A DNA stretch of 64,000 nucleotides. Origin: Anthoceros angustus. Lineage: Eukaryota; Plantae; Anthocerotophyta. Positions 58,668 through 64,000 of the stretch are shown piece after piece; position 1 is the first letter of the stretch, and each line of letters opens with the position of its first letter. A program made the translations under genes and the position numbers. The notes under the pieces were generated by a model. That model worked only from the letters and a program-made list of their open reading frames with translations, was not told the origin of the DNA and did not search any database. The stretch is taken from NCBI GenBank assembly GCA_010909165.1, contig MU008161.1, forward strand, positions 1,240,001 to 1,304,000, given 5' to 3'.

Positions 58668-60312
58668 ATGACGAGGTTTCTCAATGGCAGCCTCTTGCAC
58701 TTGTATTCGCCTCATACTGACTGTCTCAGGAGGCCATTGTTTCCAGCCAGAAGAGCCGGCAGGTGTGTTGCTATCAACGTGACGGCATGCTGTGACGGGC
58801 GGGGCGGTTGAGAGTGCTGTTCGCAGCTGGGGGACAGGCGGGCATGTCTACCCAGCCATCGCCATCGCTGATGAGATGTGCAGGCTGGCGCCAGGGCCGA
58901 CATCCGTTTCGTGGGCACCAAGGATCGGATGGAGTGGGCAGCTGTGCCTCGGGCAGGATACGTCATTCAATCCATCCCGGCAGTGGGCATCCGGCGGCCT
59001 TTCTGGTCTCCCTCCAATCTGCTGCTTCCCGGAAGGCTCCTCTATTCCATCGTGCAGTGCTGGAGAATTCTGCGCGCTTTCAGACCACACCTTGTGGTGG
59101 GCACAGGAGGGTACGTGGCAGGCCCTGTGTGCTTAGTCGCGGCAGTGACAGGCTGCCCTGTGGCAATTCAGGAGCAGAATGCGTATGCCGGCATCACCAA
59201 CCGCATTCTTGGCAGATTTGTGAAAGTGGTGTTCCTGGCTTTTGTTGCTGCAATCGCCTTCTTTCCCGAGGACAAATGCCGTGTTCGAGGAAATCCCACG
59301 AGGGCGGCCCTTCGAACACAGACTCCCAAGCACGAAGCTGTCCAGTTTTTCACAGGCGGAGCTGTGGGTAGCCCTGCTGGTGGGCTTGAGGTGGAGGAAG
59401 GCAAGGTGGGCAAGGTTGTGCTGGTGCTCGGTGGCTCTCTGGGGGCCCGGCCCATAAACCTGGCAGTGGCAGGCATGGCAAGGCACTTGCTGGCTGCGCA
59501 TGCAGGAGTGTGCATAATATGGCAGACTGGACCAAAGCATTTTGACGACATGTTGAGTTTGGTTGAGAGGCATCCTCGCCTGGCGGTCTTCCCGTAAGTA
59601 ACCAACACTGTCTCAGATGATGACATGACTTGATGAAATGTTCTCTCTCGTCGTCGTCTCATCCAAGCTGGGCACTGAGACCTCTATAACCTTCAGGGCG
59701 TCGCACCCAGGTACCTGGATCGCATGGATTTAGCATACGCAGCAGCAGATCTTGTTGTGGCCCGTGCCGGTGCCATAACCTGCAGTGAACTTCTCGTGAC
59801 GGCAAAGCCAAGCATCCTGGTACACCATTATACACTCGGTCTCCAAGCTTTTGGCGAGGAACAGGGAAGACTCATTATCTGTGAGAAAATATCTGTTTCT
59901 GATCGCAGCCTTTGTCTGTCTCTTAACAGATCCCTTCCCCTACTGTCGCGGAGAATCATCAGATGAAGAATGCAGTGGCTATGGTGGCAGCTGGAGCGGC
60001 TAAGCTTTTGCCGGAAACGGAACTGGATCCATACGTCTTGGCCGCTTTGATACTCGACTCTCTAGGTACGAGCTTAGAATCGCTCTTGTCTAAACCCGTT
60101 CACGCCTGTATGCACCGAGCACGTCAAGACTACTTTCGTCCGTCTCCAATTTAACCTTCTGGTCTGGTCATTTCCCAGAGGATGAAACTGGACTGAGAGC
60201 AATGGTGGAGAAGGCAGGGAATGCGTCTGCTCCAAATGCTGCAGCAGTTATAGCTGAGGAGGCACTTTCTCTTGCTGGGTTTTCGCTCAGGACGCAAATG
60301 CATAACCAGTGA
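58668..60312 (+). CDS. murG: Plastid-type MurG, UDP-GlcNAc:lipid I GlcNAc transferase, 4 exons, complete copy
   Basis: Exons 58668-59593, 59711-59819, 59930-60065 and 60179-60312. Motifs: [54 protein letters not shown]. Small indels near 58800 and 58890 disturb the frame. Confidence 0.92.
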
Positions 60313-60428
60313 AATATGGCGATATTTCAAGTACATAGGTGACCTTACCAGATCCCCAGCTCACCATTTCAGCGGGTGGCTTGCCATGCCGAGATAGATT
60401 ATGCCGATATAACAAGGCCGCTCGTAGA

Positions 60429-60957
60429 TCACAGCATTTCTGATAGTGTGTTAGGCGGTGAGGAGGAATTTTTTTTGACACAAGTAACACGGCAGCCGAA
60501 GTTCAAAACAGGTGTTTCTTGCTTGTGCTTTTCATCTTCGCTGAACCTCACTTTGAATACAATTTTCCGTGACTGATGATTTCCACTTCTCCAGCGGGCG
60601 CCGAAGAGAATGCTCTTACGCAAACGAGTTACTGAACTCTCAGAACTTGAATGGTAGACCTGATCCGGTCGGCAGGGAGGCTGACGCAAAGGAATCTCCA
60701 AACCCAAAGGGTTCCGCCAGCGGTTTCTCTCGAGGTCCACGATCGAAATGAGGTTCCTCCCCTGTAGCCATCATCATCATCGTATGGCACAAAATCCTCT
60801 GGTGCTGGTTCTTCTTGTTCCCCTTCATCATCTGACAAGGGACGCTGCTGCAGACCCACATGTGAGCCTCTTACCCCCCGCCTCCTTCCACTCCGTACTT
60901 TTGCTACTTCTTCCCCCTCATCCCACTCACCAAAAACTGCACGGGCTTTCGTCCCAT
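60429..60957 (-). CDS. Possible small 3-exon orphan gene (~108 aa, acidic N-half)
   Basis: ATG 60957. Exons 60957-60931, 60847-60660 and 60540-60429 have GT-AG introns of 83 and 119 bp and are phase-compatible. A telo-box lies at 60999-61006. No homolog is recognised. Confidence 0.4.
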
Positions 60958-61176
60958 GGCAGTCTTGAAATCACTCCCGTGACTGTCTCGAGCCGACTTA
61001 GGGTTTTGGTGTCGGGAAGTGCCAATATTGTACATACATATGTGCATCCTTGTAACCCTGAGTTGATTCTGTCCCCGCTTCTGGACATATGAGTTGAGTC
61101 TTGCTGAGGAGACGTGGAATACTCCTGCCAGGCGCATGTGATTTGTATCGACATCCACTGAGGCCACGTCTTTCGA

Positions 61177-61177
<1 letters not shown>

Positions 61178-61207
<30 letters not shown>

Positions 61208-61234
61208 AAGAAGAAGAAGAAGAAGAAGAAGAAG
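61178..61234. repeat. (AAG)19 microsatellite between 11-bp direct repeats CTTTCGATAAG
   Basis: Direct repeats at 61170-61180 and 61245-61255, 75 bp apart; they overlap the first AAG. Confidence 0.92.
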
Positions 61235-61244
61235 AATTGTAGTG

Positions 61245-62379
61245 CTTTCGATAAGCTGTCCCAGGACCTATGGAGACTGATTTCCTGTCGCGTGCCGCAT
61301 GTCAGCCGCCTTCAATGCCTGTGTGTTTCTCAGAAGTGGTACCACTTTCTGATGGAGCTGGAGGACGACCTGAAGGAGGCCAACCCAGGCTCCCCACAAC
61401 TTTTGATCCTGGAGGAGAAATGGGACGAAGAGGATTGCGGGGCTGAAGAGGATTGCGGGCTGAAGAGGATTGCGAGGAGGAGAATCGCTCCAGTGGTCAG
61501 CCTTGCACCTCGCCTCGGAAAAGACGAGGAGGATGAAGCTGTCGTGGCCCCCTGGCTGGGACCCGGCTGTGCATGGTTGCATCCAAGGAGGGGGGCAGTC
61601 GGGTGTGGTGGCCCTGTGGGACTGTAAGGCGTCACAGTACTGGGTAGGCAGCCCGGTGCATGACAAGTGGGAAAAGGTTCCAGGAGTGGATGGGTCTCAG
61701 GGTTTGCCATTTCACCGGCGAGGTTTTCACTTCATTCCAGAGGAGCGCCGGAGGAAGAGATGGTTTTATTCGACACCAGCGGTGCCCTGCATCAAACGTG
61801 CTCGGGATACTACCTAGCGCTCAGTTCTACCCCATAGTCCAGTTTTAACTGAACGAAACGCATGAGCGATGGCCTGTGCATGACAGGAACTTTGCGGATT
61901 GGGTCATCCAAGTTTATTCGTCCCGATCCAGGTCATGGAAGATTCTGGCAGAGCCAGCTCCTGTATTCAGACCCCTTATCCACTCCTGCGTGTCGGGCAA
62001 CAGCGTCTACTTCTTGGCCGCTCGAGAATCACAGGATTATGGTGAACCATTCTGCTATATTGATGAGAAATTGCCCCTTTCCGTGGCGGTGTGGGTCTAC
62101 CATTTGGACATAGGCGTTCTGTCTCTTAAGTTGGATTGGGTATTTGAGAACGATGAAATTGCGATGTTCTGGAGGTCAATGCAGCTCCGTGTGACCAAAG
62201 GTGGCGCTGTTAGCTTCATCTTCTTAGGTTTTCCAAGGTACGCAAGTACCGGTGACTTGAGTCTCTACAAGCTCGGCCCCCTAGACCCCTCACGGAATTG
62301 CTTCTGGGATGTTAAGAAGCAGATTGAGCTTGATGGTCGTTGGGTTTTGCGGAATCGTGGTCGTGCTTGCTTGGATTGA
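61245..62379 (+). pseudogene. F-box protein with a C-terminal interaction domain, broken by frameshifts and stops
   Basis: F-box-like LSQDLWRLISCRVPHVSRLQCLCVSQKWYHFL. Downstream fragments are VVALWDCKASQYWVGSPVHDKWEKVP and IQVYSSRSRSWKIL...SGNSVYFL. There is no in-frame ATG upstream. Confidence 0.65.
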
Positions 62380-62696
62380 GGCTGAGTGGCGTGAAGTGAG
62401 TGACTGATAGTGGGTTTTTGTGGTTTTTTTTTGTGTTTAGCAGATTGGCGATGGTGGGTTTCCTCTTGAGCCTGAGGAGGTAGAGAAGGTGCAAGAGAGG
62501 TTGATCTCTGGCTGGCAGGACAGATGTGGAGGACTGTTCACGTGACATTCCTTTTGCAGTGGTGAGAGCAGCTGGACGGTGCTGTGGTTTGCTGTGAGGG
62601 GATCTGATGAATGATGGGAGCTGCAAGGGGATAACATGTACAGGTTATGGGTCACAAGGGGTGACGGCAACCTGGAGTTAGAATCCTACACCTTCC

Positions 62697-63072
62697 TGAG
62701 TGTCCTGTATGCTGGGACTTACTCTCAGAAGAAAAGAACGTTCCTTTGGTGCTCCACTGTGGCCACACATTATGTAGAGGCTGCACGGAGCAGCTGGTTA
62801 TGACAGGCTCCAGCCCGGGGAAGAAGGCCTTGCAGTGCTCTGAATGCCGGTTGTGGTCTTTGTGGTCTGGCAACCTACCTAAGACCTCATGCTTCTTCGC
62901 GCTCTCAGCTGTGCTGTGCCAGCAGAGGCTGAGCACCCTTCGCATGGCTCTGCACGGAAGGACATGGAGACTGCATGACCATGCAGACATTGGCAGTGGC
63001 AGTGACTCGGGGACCATGAAGACATGGCTTTCCGGCATCCTATTAGAGAGGTATGGACAGTTGCAAGGCTGA
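62697..63072 (+). CDS. RING-HC (C3HC4) finger coding segment; start not identified
   Basis: ECPVCWDLLSEEKNVPLVLHCGHTLCRGC...LQCSECR. A stop lies ~12 codons upstream, so it needs an upstream exon or is a fragment. Confidence 0.6.
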
Positions 63073-64000
63073 TAAAGACTCTCATATTGTTCTTCTGCCT
63101 CTGTGATTCATGCACATGTTACTGGTGGTGGACAGCTATGCTTGGGGGCATCGTGTTACCATGCCATAGCACACCATCAACCATTCCCCATCTCTACCAC
63201 TTGTGAGAGAACGTAGATTTTTTTAGTTTCCTTGGTCTGTGGCCTGCTTCTTGTAGGCAGCTACTCGTCGTGCCCTTAAAAGAGGGTCATGATGCTGTTT
63301 GCGAAAGCTGTCTTCTGTAGTTGCCATAGTTTTTGAAGAAACAAAATAAAGGGTAAAGAAAGGCTTCACGTTTTCTTGCACGAAGAGGCTCGCGATACTT
63401 GTATTCGTGGCGCCCACTGTCAGCTACGGTCCTTTTTGGCCCCTCTTTGACGTTCAAATTTCTGGTATTTGATACCAATCTAGCCTTCTTCCCGGTGTGA
63501 GTTGAACTGAGAAGTAAGAACAAGTAATTCTTAGGCTGCACTGGAGATGTTAAGCTAAGCCGTTAAGCTCTGTCCGTAGATGAAACTTTCATGAGTGACG
63601 AGTGTTGTAGCCTCCTCTTCGTAATTTCAAATGGGTCGAATGGTTTTGGTTCGATACCTATTATATTGGATACTCGCAACAGGTTATGTTGCTCGATGAA
63701 AAGCAACAATCGCAATGGGTCCATTTCTCTCAGTGTGAGAGTGACTCTTTTAAAGATGGTCCATAAAAGGACTTTGATGATAAAAGCAGGTGTTCCATTA
63801 TAAGGTGATTCCATCTTCAATTGAAAGATAAGATCGACTTCATCAAAGGACTTTCTTTCATGACAAGTGGAGAACTTCCAATATGGAAGAGACATACAAA
63901 GGCAAGATGAAGGACTACGAATGTGATATATTAAAATATATTTTAATTTGATTTTTTAGAATATTTTACCACTTGTTGTTCCTATTGATTATTGATTAAC

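Larger units (their letters stand above)
54265..59456. repeat. 2.6-kb tandem duplication (54265-56863 and 56864-59456) with 9-bp junction microhomology AACCTGGCA
   Basis: The copies are near-identical. AACCTGGCA occurs at 54265, 56864 and 59457. Confidence 0.93.

Noticed and set aside
58668-60312. MurG as evidence of horizontal transfer or of a particular lineage
   Set aside because: MurG is an established endosymbiont-derived gene kept widely in land plants, including angiosperms.
63563-63895. 110-aa minus-strand ORF at the window end
   Set aside because: ATG-initiated, but I recognise no motif and it lies in AT-rich sequence, so it cannot be supported.

Overview
Compact, gene-dense nuclear DNA from a land plant with short (~80-220 bp) GT-AG introns. 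It is probably a seed-free lineage such as a hornwort or lycophyte; this is an inference from gene style and cannot be proven here. The first 32 kb holds: the 3' end of Rubisco LSMT, a pfkB kinase, an intronless RimI-like GNAT, intronless PEX12, a BRCT protein, a PLS-E PPR editing-type protein, a palindrome-rich repeat field around tRNA-Asp(GUC), a bacterial-like YnfA/UPF0060 membrane protein, a C1orf109-like gene, a glutathionyl-hydroquinone reductase, a GT61 glycosyltransferase, PSRP5, a catechol O-methyltransferase of mycobacterial/animal type, and intronless DEAD-box RH13. From ~33 to 51.4 kb a hAT transposase relic is split by three nested LTR-type insertions; two of the three have readable 5-bp target-site duplications, and the innermost is a full-length Ty3/gypsy element with a tRNA-Asp-like primer site. 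A deleted PIF/Harbinger element follows with intact TIRs and TSD. Next is a gene for three tandem NAA50-like acetyltransferase domains, head-to-head with plastid MurG, and the pair is caught in a 2.6-kb tandem duplication. The window ends with a possible small orphan gene, a broken F-box gene and a RING fragment. Many 1-bp homopolymer frameshifts and indel-only local duplications suggest long-read consensus errors, so frameshift and duplication calls need read-level checks.
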